From: a virus
Lineage: Duplodnaviria; Caudoviricetes
DNA length: 38,705 nucleotides
IMG/VR virus record: IMGVR_UViG_3300026189_000012
Location: 1 to 38,705 of that record
Reading direction: 5' to 3' (one strand)
This document shows positions 1-7,911 of the stretch, one piece after another; position 1 is the stretch's first letter; every line of letters starts with the position of its first letter. The translations under genes and the position numbers were made by a program. The notes below the pieces were generated by a model. The model worked only from the letters and a program-made list of their open reading frames with translations, made no database searches and was not told where the DNA came from.

Positions 1-163
1 TATATGAAGTGATGTATGTGTTGTATGCTAATACATCAAGAATGGACGAAAGGTTTGACCCCTCAAAGTCATAATCAGTAAAATTTGAATTTGACTTTAA
101 ATAATCTCTTAAAGATGTCTTTACCTGATTAAAATCCAGGTTTGAAAAGTTAACTAGTGGCAT
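1..163 (-). CDS. gp6: Baseplate wedge subunit gp6, 5' end (runs off left edge)
   Basis: Manual translation from ATG at 163: MPLVNFSNLDFNQVKTSLRDYLKSNSNFTDYDFEGSNLSSILDVLAYNTY. This is the typical gp6 N-terminus (DFEGS, LAYNT), directly downstream of gp25. Confidence 0.9.
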   Translation of the reverse strand, partial: MPLVNFSNLDFNQVKTSLRDYLKSNSNFTDYDFEGSNLSSILDVLAYNTYITSY

Positions 164-165
164 TT

Positions 166-567
166 TTACCTGGTTGGTTGCAAGATAAACTGTAATTCTT
201 GTGGAGCAATATCAACCCCTATGATTTTATAAGTGATTTTCACATCAAAACCATTGTTATCAAAATCTGGGAACACTTCAACCTCAACTAAATCAACTCT
301 AGGTTCAAAGTTTTTTATAGATTGTTCAATTTGATCTTTGATTTTAATTGCTGAGATGTCATCAATGTTCTCGAATAGAATCGAATAGAGTTTAGATCCA
401 AAATCTGGATTAAAAAACTTTTCTCCGGGTTCTGTGAACACTATATTTTTAATTGATCTTGCAATTGCGTTCTCATTTTTGATGGCAAGAAGATCTTTGT
501 TCAGAGGATTACTCTGAAACGACATGCTTATGTCTTTAAAACCTTGACTTACCCTTTCTAGAGGCAT
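166..567 (-). CDS. gp25: Baseplate wedge subunit gp25 (GPW/gp25 family)
   Basis: AIARSIKNIVFT-PGEKFFNPDFGS and FEPRV motifs; 133 aa; adjacent to gp6. Confidence 0.92.
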   Translation of the reverse strand: MPLERVSQGFKDISMSFQSNPLNKDLLAIKNENAIARSIKNIVFTEPGEKFFNPDFGSKLYSILFENIDDISAIKIKDQIEQSIKNFEPRVDLVEVEVFPDFDNNGFDVKITYKIIGVDIAPQELQFILQPTR

Positions 568-576
568 GAAATATTA

Positions 577-711
577 TTATTCTGTCTTATTTATCTTACT
601 TTTTTCAACTTTTTTTGACTTCCCTAAATGTCTATCACTTGCAAGTTCTGTAATTAGTGTCATGCCAGACTTGATAAAATCTTTACTCTTGTCTACAGGT
701 GAGTTAGCCAT
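577..711 (-). CDS. Small hypothetical protein (44 aa, MANSPVDKSKDF...)
   Basis: Manual ORF below the track cutoff; AGAGGA RBS upstream; fills the gap before gp25. Confidence 0.6.
   Translation of the reverse strand: MANSPVDKSKDFIKSGMTLITELASDRHLGKSKKVEKSKINKTE
588..595 (-). promoter_or_regulatory. T4-type late promoter GATAAATA for gp25
   Basis: Matches NATAAATA about 20 nt upstream of the gp25 start. Confidence 0.65.
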
Positions 712-769
712 GAGATTTTCCTCTGATTTGAACAAATCAGAACTTTTTTAGGGGTTCTATCCCAGGAAA

Positions 770-1426
770 CTATTTATTTTCTCTTTCTTTCGAAGTCTTC
801 CAAAAATATTCTTCCTCATCCCCCATTCCAAGACGATCATATCCACGTTCAACTTGATAATATTGTGTAGAAACTTTAAAGTCTGGCATCTTTGGTTTCT
901 CTGGTGTCAAACTATTGTCATAGATTCTTAATCTATTATTCGGGTATAGGCAAAACTGGCCGTTATCCAACTGAATCAGATTGTGAGACTTATGTTCTGC
1001 AGGATTTTCACTTGTTGCATAGTCAACATAGTCTGGATCATGATGATAATTGTCTATGGTACATACATAGGATCCCCTCTGAGGTCCATGATCCCTAGTG
1101 TAGCACTCAAAGTCCATCGAGCCTATGAATTTCTTGTCTACGGTCACTACACCGTAGTCCATGCAATTCCAAAATTGTAGATTTGGAAGATTCATATCAG
1201 GGTCTGGTGTCTTTGGTTTCGAGAGAAACGCGGCGATTGGTAATTTGTCATACATCGCAGCATACTCTGGTAAATATGTTTCAAAATAAAAAGCGCGTCC
1301 AGGTATCGATTTAACAGATACCCAAACGCCCTTTACGAATTGTCCGTGTCCACTCTGATGGTCTGTAAGATACTCTTTCCGGACCCATACTTCTTCCGAA
1401 GGTAAGTTAGAGATTAAACAAGACAT
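770..1426 (-). CDS. Conserved cyanophage hypothetical protein (218 aa)
   Basis: Long ORF on the dominant strand; GRAFYFETYLPEY and EHKSHN motifs; no function recognised. Confidence 0.8.
   Translation of the reverse strand: MSCLISNLPSEEVWVRKEYLTDHQSGHGQFVKGVWVSVKSIPGRAFYFETYLPEYAAMYDKLPIAAFLSKPKTPDPDMNLPNLQFWNCMDYGVVTVDKKFIGSMDFECYTRDHGPQRGSYVCTIDNYHHDPDYVDYATSENPAEHKSHNLIQLDNGQFCLYPNNRLRIYDNSLTPEKPKMPDFKVSTQYYQVERGYDRLGMGDEEEYFWKTSKERENK
771..778 (-). promoter_or_regulatory. T4-type late promoter AATAAATA
   Basis: Overlaps the end of 770..1426, upstream of the structured leader and 577..711. Confidence 0.55.
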
Positions 1427-1455
1427 ATATTAAATTTTACAAACTCTGCTCTTAT

Positions 1456-1596
1456 TTAACGCTTTCCCTGGCCGCGATAACGCTTTCGTGCTTTATTACG
1501 AGACGTTGCGGCATACTTGGTATGTTTGCCCGCGCCTTGACGAGTGTTTTTCGGAGTTGGGGTAATCAGATCTCCGGTCTTTGAACGCATTGCCAT
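1456..1596 (-). CDS. Small basic protein (46 aa, ...KNTRQGAGKHTK...RKRYRGQGKR)
   Basis: Manual ORF; Arg/Lys-rich peptide with YRGQG end, as commonly seen in T4-like phages. Confidence 0.7.
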   Translation of the reverse strand: MAMRSKTGDLITPTPKNTRQGAGKHTKYAATSRNKARKRYRGQGKR

Positions 1597-1607
1597 AAGT
1601 CTTTACC

Positions 1608-2384
1608 TCAAATTACACGAGTCTTTTCATGACCGACACGAATGCGTGGGTCACACCAGATTTCATAACCTGCTTCTTTTGCATCTAGACAGAATGAGAC
1701 ATCCTCGCCACACATGTCCTGAACTTCACCACTTTCAAATACCTGCATCTTGGGCGCAAACCATGGATAAGCCATTTTGTCATTCTCAAATACGCCATTC
1801 TTAATCATGACCCATCCAAAACCTGTGTAATCGACAGTGAATGGTTTCTGACGATTTGCCATAGTTTCCAGTGTTTCGTGATTCATGACACCACCATTAC
1901 CACGGAAGTCCTCTTCGTCCAACCAGTGTGCAACAGAAGATGTTTGACCGTCTTCTGTGCAATACCAACCAGCGGTGATATCCTTCTCCTCACCTTCAGC
2001 AGGGACTGCAAGATCACAAAGTTGCCAGAACTTCTGAGAGTTAAAGACAATATCACTGTCAATCCACAGTTGATAGTCATACTCCAGTTTGCCGTCCCAA
2101 GGCACCTGATTGGGACCACGGAGAACATTTGCACCTAAACACTTACAACGTGCGAAGTTCACCATGGATGAATAGTCTTGACTGATCTGAATAGCCATTC
2201 CATTCTGTACCAGATCAAAACACATCTGTACAAAGTTTTTTAGAAAGGTATACGAACATCCTCTTCCTGGAAGACAGAATACAATCGTCTTCCCTTTCAT
2301 ACGCTCTTTAATCGCGTCATAGTCCCACTCTTCCTCTTTAGGTGCTGTGGGGGCATTTGCCTTAACAGTAAATCCTTTAGCCAT
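1608..2384 (-). CDS. GT-A fold glycosyltransferase-like protein
   Basis: LWIDSDIVF (DxD motif), GFGWVMIK and GEDVSFC...G-I-CDP motifs. Confidence 0.75.
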   Translation of the reverse strand: MAKGFTVKANAPTAPKEEEWDYDAIKERMKGKTIVFCLPGRGCSYTFLKNFVQMCFDLVQNGMAIQISQDYSSMVNFARCKCLGANVLRGPNQVPWDGKLEYDYQLWIDSDIVFNSQKFWQLCDLAVPAEGEEKDITAGWYCTEDGQTSSVAHWLDEEDFRGNGGVMNHETLETMANRQKPFTVDYTGFGWVMIKNGVFENDKMAYPWFAPKMQVFESGEVQDMCGEDVSFCLDAKEAGYEIWCDPRIRVGHEKTRVI

Positions 2385-2407
2385 AAGTTTGAATTAACTT
2401 CATATCA

Positions 2408-2436
2408 ATTATAACAGTTTATATATGCACTGTCAA
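2408..2436 (-). promoter_or_regulatory. sigma70-type promoter TTGACA-N17-TATAAT
   Basis: Perfect consensus: -35 at 2431-2436, -10 at 2408-2413; upstream of 1608..2384. Confidence 0.85.
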
Positions 2437-2618
2437 TCAGATACTGTTATCTCCTCATATGACAAATCCTCAATCACATAATCGGTTTTCATAATGCCGA
2501 CCATACCATTGAGGGTTATCCATGTCTTATTAAATTGTTTCTCAGTTAAATTCTGATACAAGCACTGATCCTTTGCGTATATGTGATAAACCTTCTGGGG
2601 CGAAATTTTTCTGGGCAA
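2433..2618 (-). CDS. Hypothetical protein (61 aa)
   Basis: ORF track; TTG start uncertain. Confidence 0.55.
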   Translation of the reverse strand: MPRKISPQKVYHIYAKDQCLYQNLTEKQFNKTWITLNGMVGIMKTDYVIEDLSYEEITVSD

Positions 2619-2761
2619 AATTTTTTTCTCCGCATCAAAACAAAAGTTGAATTATATATACCTCTCGAATTCGGTCCGTTGTAGGTTAGGGTAGTTAGGG
2701 TTTTTTATACACGCCCGCCATCAAACAACGCCAACGATCGCGCAACACTGTCGATACTGTA

Positions 2762-2791
2762 AGTCTAGCACATAAGGGGGCAAAGTGTCAA
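2762..2791 (-). promoter_or_regulatory. sigma70-type promoter TTGACA-N18-TAGACT with extended -10
   Basis: -35 at 2786-2791 flanked by GGGGCA/TGCCCC inverted repeat; -10 at 2762-2767 preceded by TGn. Confidence 0.55.
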
Positions 2792-2812
2792 CAATGCCCC
2801 ACTGTGATGTTA

Positions 2813-2950
2813 TCAACCAAACAGCATATCTGCGATGTCGTTGATAGTTTCGTCACTCTCAATATCAGCAGCGATAACATCGAGAATGGCAAGAATCTCA
2901 TTGCCGTTGTTACCGACGTTGAGCATACCGAGTGCAGTTGAACGAGTCAT
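2813..2950 (-). CDS. Small hypothetical protein (45 aa, MTRSTALGML...)
   Basis: Manual ORF on the dominant strand. Confidence 0.6.
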   Translation of the reverse strand: MTRSTALGMLNVGNNGNEILAILDVIAADIESDETINDIADMLFG

Positions 2951-2987
2951 AATAAAAAAGAAAAGTGTTAATGAGTGTGAAGAATAA

Positions 2988-3302
2988 TCAGTTCATTCGC
3001 ATACCAGAGAAGAAAGGAATTGGCGATCCATTGTAGTTAACGAACCACTGATAGTTGCGTTGGTAGACACGCTCACCCGGCAATCCGTTCGCTTCGAGTA
3101 CAGCATTCAGGCGAGATTTGGTGGTCTTCGATTGCTTACCTCCGTCGAATAGTTGTATCCAACCCTCGCCGATTCTTGAGATAAGTTTGCCGTACAGATA
3201 GACGTGGGCGATGTCACCGTAGGTCTCGACTCTAGTGTTATCGAGCGACCAATCTTTGCCGTTCTCGATTGCTTTGTTCATCAGAGTTTCGATCTTGCGC
3301 AT
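2988..3302 (-). CDS. Conserved phage hypothetical protein (104 aa)
   Basis: ORF track; SKTTKSRLNA and VYQRNYQW motifs. Confidence 0.75.
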   Translation of the reverse strand: MRKIETLMNKAIENGKDWSLDNTRVETYGDIAHVYLYGKLISRIGEGWIQLFDGGKQSKTTKSRLNAVLEANGLPGERVYQRNYQWFVNYNGSPIPFFSGMRMN

Positions 3303-3344
3303 AATGAGAGAGTGATGGTTGAGTGTTACTTAGAGTCCCGATAC

Positions 3345-3518
3345 TCAGTCTACAATGCGGAACAAACCTGCGAGTTTACCTTGCAGTGTGTTCAACACGA
3401 TTGCATCCTCGTCGGTATCAAAATGGTCCTGATACTCACTGAGGGCAGCATCAATCAAGTCCCACTCATCTTCGGAGAAAAATTCGCGAACGGTGAGAAG
3501 ATCTGAGCGAGTGAGCAT
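3345..3518 (-). CDS. Small acidic hypothetical protein (57 aa)
   Basis: Manual ORF MLTRSDLLTVREFF..., just downstream of repeat copy 1. Confidence 0.65.
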   Translation of the reverse strand: MLTRSDLLTVREFFSEDEWDLIDAALSEYQDHFDTDEDAIVLNTLQGKLAGLFRIVD

Positions 3519-3544
3519 GTTTTTTGTTTTCGTCGGTTGCTTAC

Positions 3545-3576
3545 ACTACTGGTACAATCGACAGCTGAGTAACTTT
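3545..3576 (-). repeat. 32-bp dispersed element, copy 1
   Basis: AAAGTTACTCAGCTGTCGATTGTACCAGTAGT|GTAAG. Confidence 0.95.
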
Positions 3577-3589
3577 AAGTACCTGCGAA

Positions 3590-3763
3590 TTACCAACGGT
3601 CAGGTGTACTCAGGTCCTCTACATAAGCATCACAATTTTCCGAACCTTCCAACTTAAACAAACGATCCCAGTTGATATTATGCGGGTCGAAGTCACTCAT
3701 TGCTTCGATTTCCAGGGTGATGCGATACTTACTCTTCTGTGCTTGATGATAGATAGCAGGCAT
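3590..3763 (-). CDS. Small hypothetical protein (57 aa, MPAIYHQAQKSKYRITLEIE...)
   Basis: Manual ORF downstream of a perfect sigma70 promoter. Confidence 0.7.
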   Translation of the reverse strand: MPAIYHQAQKSKYRITLEIEAMSDFDPHNINWDRLFKLEGSENCDAYVEDLSTPDRW

Positions 3764-3792
3764 GGTTGGAAGGATGGGAGTGTTACTTTGTA

Positions 3793-3821
3793 ATTATAGA
3801 CTGACTGAGAGAAACTGTCAA
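3793..3821 (-). promoter_or_regulatory. sigma70-type promoter TTGACA-N17-TATAAT
   Basis: -35 at 3816-3821, -10 at 3793-3798. Confidence 0.85.
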
Positions 3822-3895
3822 TCTGTCGCAGACTATTTATCAGAAGTGCTTATAAATTTGCGAAGTTCTGTGTGGGATTTCTGATGCTGGGGGTG

Positions 3896-3924
3896 TTGAC
3901 ATTTTTGCGGAGTGATGATAGAAT
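3896..3924 (+). promoter_or_regulatory. Plus-strand sigma70-type promoter TTGACA-N17-TAGAAT with extended -10
   Basis: -35 at 3896-3901, -10 at 3919-3924 preceded by TGa; opposite to gene direction. Confidence 0.6.
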
Positions 3925-4107
3925 GAGGTCCAAGATCGCTATAAGTTCGTACATTTATCAGTGCAATTACTCCGAAGATACTGTCAAGCAACCACGGAGT
4001 AACTGTCAAGTAACAAGAGAGATAGAAAACGAAAGTATATTTATTAAACCATTTTTAATTGATTTTGAATCATTTTTGTGAGTGATTATACTTAAATTTG
4101 TGTGATT

Positions 4108-4329
4108 TTAGGATAGAAGATCATTCAGAGTTTCTTCACCATAATGATCGAGAATCTCTTCCTTGATTTCTTCCTCTGTCCAGGTTTCTAAGTTGTGAGC
4201 AACAGTTTCGACAGCGAAAGTAATGAGAGAATCCATATCCATACCATCCACAATCAGGTAGGCATAGTTGTCTTTGAGTTTGTCAAGTTGCTCGTCGTTC
4301 ATGTTAGTGAGAAGAGTGGAAGTTGTCAT
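4108..4329 (-). CDS. Acidic hypothetical protein (73 aa)
   Basis: ORF track, tight packing. Confidence 0.7.
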   Translation of the reverse strand: MTTSTLLTNMNDEQLDKLKDNYAYLIVDGMDMDSLITFAVETVAHNLETWTEEEIKEEILDHYGEETLNDLLS

Positions 4330-4338
4330 AATTGAGTG

Positions 4339-4749
4339 TTAGTTAAAGAGAGTTGCTGATTGAAACTGACCAGAGGAATAAGCATAAACATTATGTGCTA
4401 CCCAACCGTGATCTGGAGTGTAGATGTAAACATACTCTGCACCACAGTTCTCACATTGCTCGAACAATTCCTCTGTGGTTGATGCAAACTGAGGAGGGCA
4501 ATTCTCACCTCTTTCAGAATAATAGAGAGGACGATTGGTTGGGAGTTTTTTCATGTTCCAGTCTGTATCTGACCAGCAGCATGACATGTCTCCACCATCA
4601 ATCAGATCGGATGCTAACTTACGAGAGTCAAAGTGTTGTCCTAAAGTCTTACCCAACCACTGAGGATAACCATCCCAATGATGATAAACAGAGACATAAT
4701 AACCGGGTTTGTCTGACAGTTGAATTGCGATTCTTGCGTTGGTAGACAT
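4339..4749 (-). CDS. Conserved phage hypothetical protein (YxHWDGYP family)
   Basis: MST-ARI...SVYHHWDGYP-WLG and EYVYIY motifs. Confidence 0.8.
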   Translation of the reverse strand: MSTNARIAIQLSDKPGYYVSVYHHWDGYPQWLGKTLGQHFDSRKLASDLIDGGDMSCCWSDTDWNMKKLPTNRPLYYSERGENCPPQFASTTEELFEQCENCGAEYVYIYTPDHGWVAHNVYAYSSGQFQSATLFN

Positions 4750-4786
4750 GGTTCAGAAAGAAAGAATGAAGTGAGTTAAATGTAAG

Positions 4787-5068
4787 TTAGACTAATTCTT
4801 GTTGTTGTTGCATAACTTGTTCTTCTACAACTTCATCAACACATTCCTGAATCACCTGATAGATGTAATCAACATTGCCAACATCATCGAAGATACGTTC
4901 AACAACATCAGGATCTTCTACTGTGTTATCATAATCAAACTCACCATTTTCATCCTTTAAGTGACAATCTTCTTTGGTATAAATCCATGCACCACAATGT
5001 GCATCTTCACCCTGTTGTTCGATCAGTTTGTTGACACGATCGCGGAGTTGTGAAAGTGTGTAGTTCAT
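4787..5068 (-). CDS. Hypothetical protein (93 aa)
   Basis: ORF track; TGATG coupling with upstream ORF. Confidence 0.75.
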   Translation of the reverse strand: MNYTLSQLRDRVNKLIEQQGEDAHCGAWIYTKEDCHLKDENGEFDYDNTVEDPDVVERIFDDVGNVDYIYQVIQECVDEVVEEQVMQQQQELV

Positions 5069-5229
5069 CAGTTGTAGGGAAAGAAAGAAGAAGTGGTGGA
5101 TTGTGTGATGTAAGGAATCTCAAACTCTCCACCGAACATTTGGTAGTAGAGTTCACTGAAGATTGCAAAATCGTCAGGAGTTTCGTCGTTCCAAACTTTG
5201 AGGACTTCGGTGTAGATTTGGTCTGTCAT
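5068..5229 (-). CDS. Small hypothetical protein (53 aa, MTDQIYTEVL...)
   Basis: Manual ORF; start 14 nt after repeat copy 2; stop overlaps the next ATG. Confidence 0.65.
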   Translation of the reverse strand: MTDQIYTEVLKVWNDETPDDFAIFSELYYQMFGGEFEIPYITQSTTSSFFPYN

Positions 5230-5243
5230 GGTTGAGTGCTTAC

Positions 5244-5275
5244 ACTATTGGTACAATCAGGAGCTGAGTAACTTT
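5244..5275 (-). repeat. 32-bp dispersed element, copy 2
   Basis: AAAGTTACTCAGCTCCTGATTGTACCAATAGT|GTAAG; upstream TGA overlaps its first A. Confidence 0.95.
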
Positions 5276-5436
5276 CAACGAGAAAAGATTTCGTCGATTG
5301 TTTCACCGATTGAACGAGTTTCAGGTTCGGGTGATACAAACTCAGCAGCACGATAGAGTGCTTTGGAAGTGAATGTGCGTGCATCGTTGTTAGTCCAAAC
5401 CAGCACACCAACTAACACAATCAGAATCGTTTTCAT
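5275..5436 (-). CDS. Small protein with N-terminal hydrophobic segment (53 aa)
   Basis: MKTILIVLVGVLVW; internal ATG of the track ORF chosen as start. Confidence 0.65.
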   Translation of the reverse strand: MKTILIVLVGVLVWTNNDARTFTSKALYRAAEFVSPEPETRSIGETIDEIFSR

Positions 5437-5453
5437 GTGAGATTTACGAAAGT

Positions 5454-5636
5454 TTAGAAAGGGCAAGTCCAGGTTTCATATTGTTTCATTGTGATGTAAC
5501 CATCCTTGCAAAGTAAATCGGTGTATAAACCCCAAGCATAACGCATTGCAGGTTTGTCATTGAGACCTTCAGGAACAGATACTGCAAGGAAGTGTGCCTT
5601 TGCCTCTCGTTTGGTCATGGTGAAAGTGGTGCTCAT
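5454..5636 (-). CDS. Small hypothetical protein (60 aa), possibly leaderless
   Basis: ATG immediately follows repeat copy 3; DLLCKDGYIT..QYETW motif. Confidence 0.75.
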   Translation of the reverse strand: MSTTFTMTKREAKAHFLAVSVPEGLNDKPAMRYAWGLYTDLLCKDGYITMKQYETWTCPF

Positions 5637-5668
5637 ACAACTGGTACAATCAAGAGCTGAGTAACTTT
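5637..5668 (-). repeat. 32-bp dispersed element, copy 3
   Basis: AAAGTTACTCAGCTCTTGATTGTACCAGTTGT|ATG. Confidence 0.95.
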
Positions 5669-5732
5669 TAAGGGTGAAAAAAAATCGCGCTCGCGCCGCT
5701 CGTATCTCGAAAACTCTCGGAGAGTTATGATA

Positions 5733-5927
5733 TTATTCTGAGAAATACTCATCTCCGATTATATCATTGTAGATCTCTTCTGTCCTCTCCTGTTGTTCGT
5801 CTACGATGCTATTCTTCTGTTCTTGAAGAAACTCTATAGAAGAATTGATCTGCGCGATCTCATCCAATAGCATCTGTTTGCGCAGTTTGAGTTCCATCAT
5901 CGAACGATCGAAGTCGAGTTGTGTCAT
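5733..5927 (-). CDS. Coiled-coil hypothetical protein (64 aa)
   Basis: ORF track; TGATG coupling. Confidence 0.7.
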   Translation of the reverse strand: MTQLDFDRSMMELKLRKQMLLDEIAQINSSIEFLQEQKNSIVDEQQERTEEIYNDIIGDEYFSE

Positions 5928-6115
5928 CAGTCTAACGTAAGATTAGGGACAAAGAGAAAGTTATCCGGTTCGTCGTCATCATCAACAACCCACTCATTTT
6001 TGAGTGCAGTAGCATCACCCACGTTGTCACGAACGAAGGCAAACTTCATTTTCTCAAACAATGTGTCCTCCATGTTGTCAATAGAGGTTTGGCGTTCGTC
6101 AACATCGTAGTTCAT
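5927..6115 (-). CDS. Acidic hypothetical protein (62 aa)
   Basis: ORF track. Confidence 0.7.
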   Translation of the reverse strand: MNYDVDERQTSIDNMEDTLFEKMKFAFVRDNVGDATALKNEWVVDDDDEPDNFLFVPNLTLD

Positions 6116-6120
6116 GAGTT

Positions 6121-6276
6121 TCAGTTAGTGGATGTGGGAAAGTTCTGGCAAACAGCATCACAGAGTTGGCGAATTACATCGTCCTTGTACTCAACCTCAC
6201 CAAAGTTTGATTCGATGATACAATCAATGTCCTCCATGAGTTGTTCGCGAGCAGTCAACATTTCAAGGTTGTTCAT
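6121..6276 (-). CDS. Small hypothetical protein (51 aa, MNNLEMLTAREQLMEDID...)
   Basis: Manual ORF, tight packing. Confidence 0.65.
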   Translation of the reverse strand: MNNLEMLTAREQLMEDIDCIIESNFGEVEYKDDVIRQLCDAVCQNFPTSTN

Positions 6277-6277
6277 G

Positions 6278-6442
6278 TCAATCAGTGTGAATCAGACCGG
6301 AGTCAATCAGATGGTCAAGTGTGCGTCCATAATGACCTTGCAACCAAAGGTATGCTTTGTTGTCATAGATCTGTTGGAACAATTCGACAATCTGATCATT
6401 GTCAAGTTGATCAGATTCGTAGTCAAGAAGAAGATCAAGCAT
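6278..6442 (-). CDS. Small hypothetical protein (54 aa, ...ELFQQ...WLQGHYGRT...)
   Basis: Manual ORF; LQGxYGRT motif familiar from small phage proteins. Confidence 0.7.
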   Translation of the reverse strand: MLDLLLDYESDQLDNDQIVELFQQIYDNKAYLWLQGHYGRTLDHLIDSGLIHTD

Positions 6443-6611
6443 CGTAACCAAGAGCACGGAGAATAGAACGGCGCATGTCGTAGGCAGTGAATTGATTAGA
6501 GAATGTGGCGATCTTGATGTGATCTTTTCTCCAATACAGTGCCCAGTCTGTAGAACCCCAAACCTGCTTAATCAGAATGGGGTTATCAATACCAAGTGGA
6601 TAGGATTTCAT
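6435..6611 (-). CDS. Small hypothetical protein (58 aa, MKSYPLGIDNPILIK...)
   Basis: Manual ORF, overlaps the next start. Confidence 0.65.
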   Translation of the reverse strand: MKSYPLGIDNPILIKQVWGSTDWALYWRKDHIKIATFSNQFTAYDMRRSILRALGYDA

Positions 6612-6815
6612 TCAGTTACCCTCTTGAATGTTGGTCAGATAGTCAACACGAGCAGGTGAAGTATCAGAAGGATTTGATACAGTTTCAACATTAACAGGAT
6701 TCATAATGGAACTCGTGTTCATGTTGACTGTGCAGAACATAGTCACAACAGAGAGTGTACCGAAACATGCACAAAAATACATTGTTTCTGTTGCAAACTC
6801 ACGAAACTTGGACAT
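6612..6815 (-). CDS. Hypothetical protein with hydrophobic segment (67 aa)
   Basis: ORF track; first gene after repeat copy 4. Confidence 0.6.
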   Translation of the reverse strand: MSKFREFATETMYFCACFGTLSVVTMFCTVNMNTSSIMNPVNVETVSNPSDTSPARVDYLTNIQEGN

Positions 6816-6849
6816 AATGAGAGGAGAGTTGGTTTGGTGTGGTCCTTAC

Positions 6850-6881
6850 ACTATTGGTACAATCAGCAGCTGAGTAACTTT
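6850..6881 (-). repeat. 32-bp dispersed element, copy 4
   Basis: AAAGTTACTCAGCTGCTGATTGTACCAATAGT|GTAAG. Confidence 0.95.
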
Positions 6882-6890
6882 TAAGACCTA

Positions 6891-7100
6891 TTATTCTGAG
6901 AGTTTTGAGTTTCTTTTGAATGATGGTGGATAAGGAGAATTGCCCAAAACATAATCGACATAGCGTAAGATTTCGGGATCAATCTCACGAACATCACGTC
7001 CCTCACTTTCGGAGTTGTAATACTCCCAAGAACCATATTTCTCAGGTGAGTACCAGAAATCCTCCCAATCTTTTGGTGAGTTTGTAACATCTTCAATCAT
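6891..7100 (-). CDS. Hypothetical protein (69 aa, MIEDVTNSP...)
   Basis: Track ORF trimmed to the ATG coupled (TGATG) to the upstream gene. Confidence 0.65.
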   Translation of the reverse strand: MIEDVTNSPKDWEDFWYSPEKYGSWEYYNSESEGRDVREIDPEILRYVDYVLGNSPYPPSFKRNSKLSE

Positions 7101-7267
7101 CACCAAATCTCCGTGAAACGCTTATGTGTTGCTTTGGTCATTCTACCTTGTTTGAGCATGTTATCACAAACATTGCAGAAAACTTGAAACTTTTGTTCAC
7201 GAGTGAGAGTATCTGCTCCGTTGCATTGTTTCATCACACGGAGCATCTGTGCTTTGGAAGTAATCAT
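7100..7267 (-). CDS. Small hypothetical protein (55 aa, MITSKAQML...)
   Basis: Manual ORF; CDNMLKQGRMTK motif. Confidence 0.65.
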   Translation of the reverse strand: MITSKAQMLRVMKQCNGADTLTREQKFQVFCNVCDNMLKQGRMTKATHKRFTEIW

Positions 7268-7276
7268 TGTGGGTTG

Positions 7277-7552
7277 TCAGATAGGTTGATGAAACTTTGG
7301 AAGGTAACGATAGTCAATAGACTTGATGCACCAACCTACTGCATTTGTAATCTCTTCAACTAAATCTTCTTCATCGTAAGCTTCCCAGGTTGTTGACAAT
7401 GTTTCGTCAATAATTTCTTGACAATCTTCATCCGTCATTTCTTCAGTATCAAGAATGTCGGAATCAAAATCAAAATCAATTTGTGTAACACGGAATTGCA
7501 TTGGTTTGTAGATAGAAAGTTTACGAAGTTGACGATTGGTATCAGAGAACAT
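7277..7552 (-). CDS. Acidic hypothetical protein (91 aa)
   Basis: ORF track; DLVEEIT..GWCIKSIDY motif. Confidence 0.7.
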   Translation of the reverse strand: MFSDTNRQLRKLSIYKPMQFRVTQIDFDFDSDILDTEEMTDEDCQEIIDETLSTTWEAYDEEDLVEEITNAVGWCIKSIDYRYLPKFHQPI

Positions 7553-7554
7553 AA

Positions 7555-7911
7555 TCAGAGATACAGGAACGAACCGTAAGCATCACAAATATGGGGATTA
7601 TCTGCCAGTTGAGTGATCAGATAGCGGACACCTTTTGCAGGTGCTTTGTATGATGCAGGTTTGTAACATTCGCCAGAGTTCTTATCCACGAACATCCAGC
7701 AAGAACGCCCATTAACTCTCTCGTTTAGTGCAAAACATTCGGAGACACGATAAGACCAGACTTTGATATACTTACGACCAACTTCATACTCAAGTTGAGT
7801 ATAAACAGAGCGACTGGATTCGATCGCGTTGACTTTCCAATCATTGTTGAGCATTTCAAGCAGACATTCGGTCAAATACTCTGCTTTGTATTGTGGAGCA
7901 CAGAAGGTCAT
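7555..7911 (-). CDS. Conserved phage hypothetical protein (118 aa)
   Basis: GRKYIKV...FVDK-SG--YKPASYKAPAKGVRY motif; first gene after copy 5. Confidence 0.8.
   Translation of the reverse strand: MTFCAPQYKAEYLTECLLEMLNNDWKVNAIESSRSVYTQLEYEVGRKYIKVWSYRVSECFALNERVNGRSCWMFVDKNSGECYKPASYKAPAKGVRYLITQLADNPHICDAYGSFLYL

Noticed and set aside
2685-2702. TTAGGG as telomeric repeat or G-quadruplex
   Set aside because: Only two GGG runs, and the context is a bacteriophage
3872-4081. Plus-strand 69-aa ORF
   Set aside because: GTG start lies upstream of the plus promoter, no clear RBS, and the region is full of regulatory motifs
5676-5725. GC-rich tract plus T8 as a terminator upstream of copy 3
   Set aside because: T-run present on minus, but no convincing stem by eye
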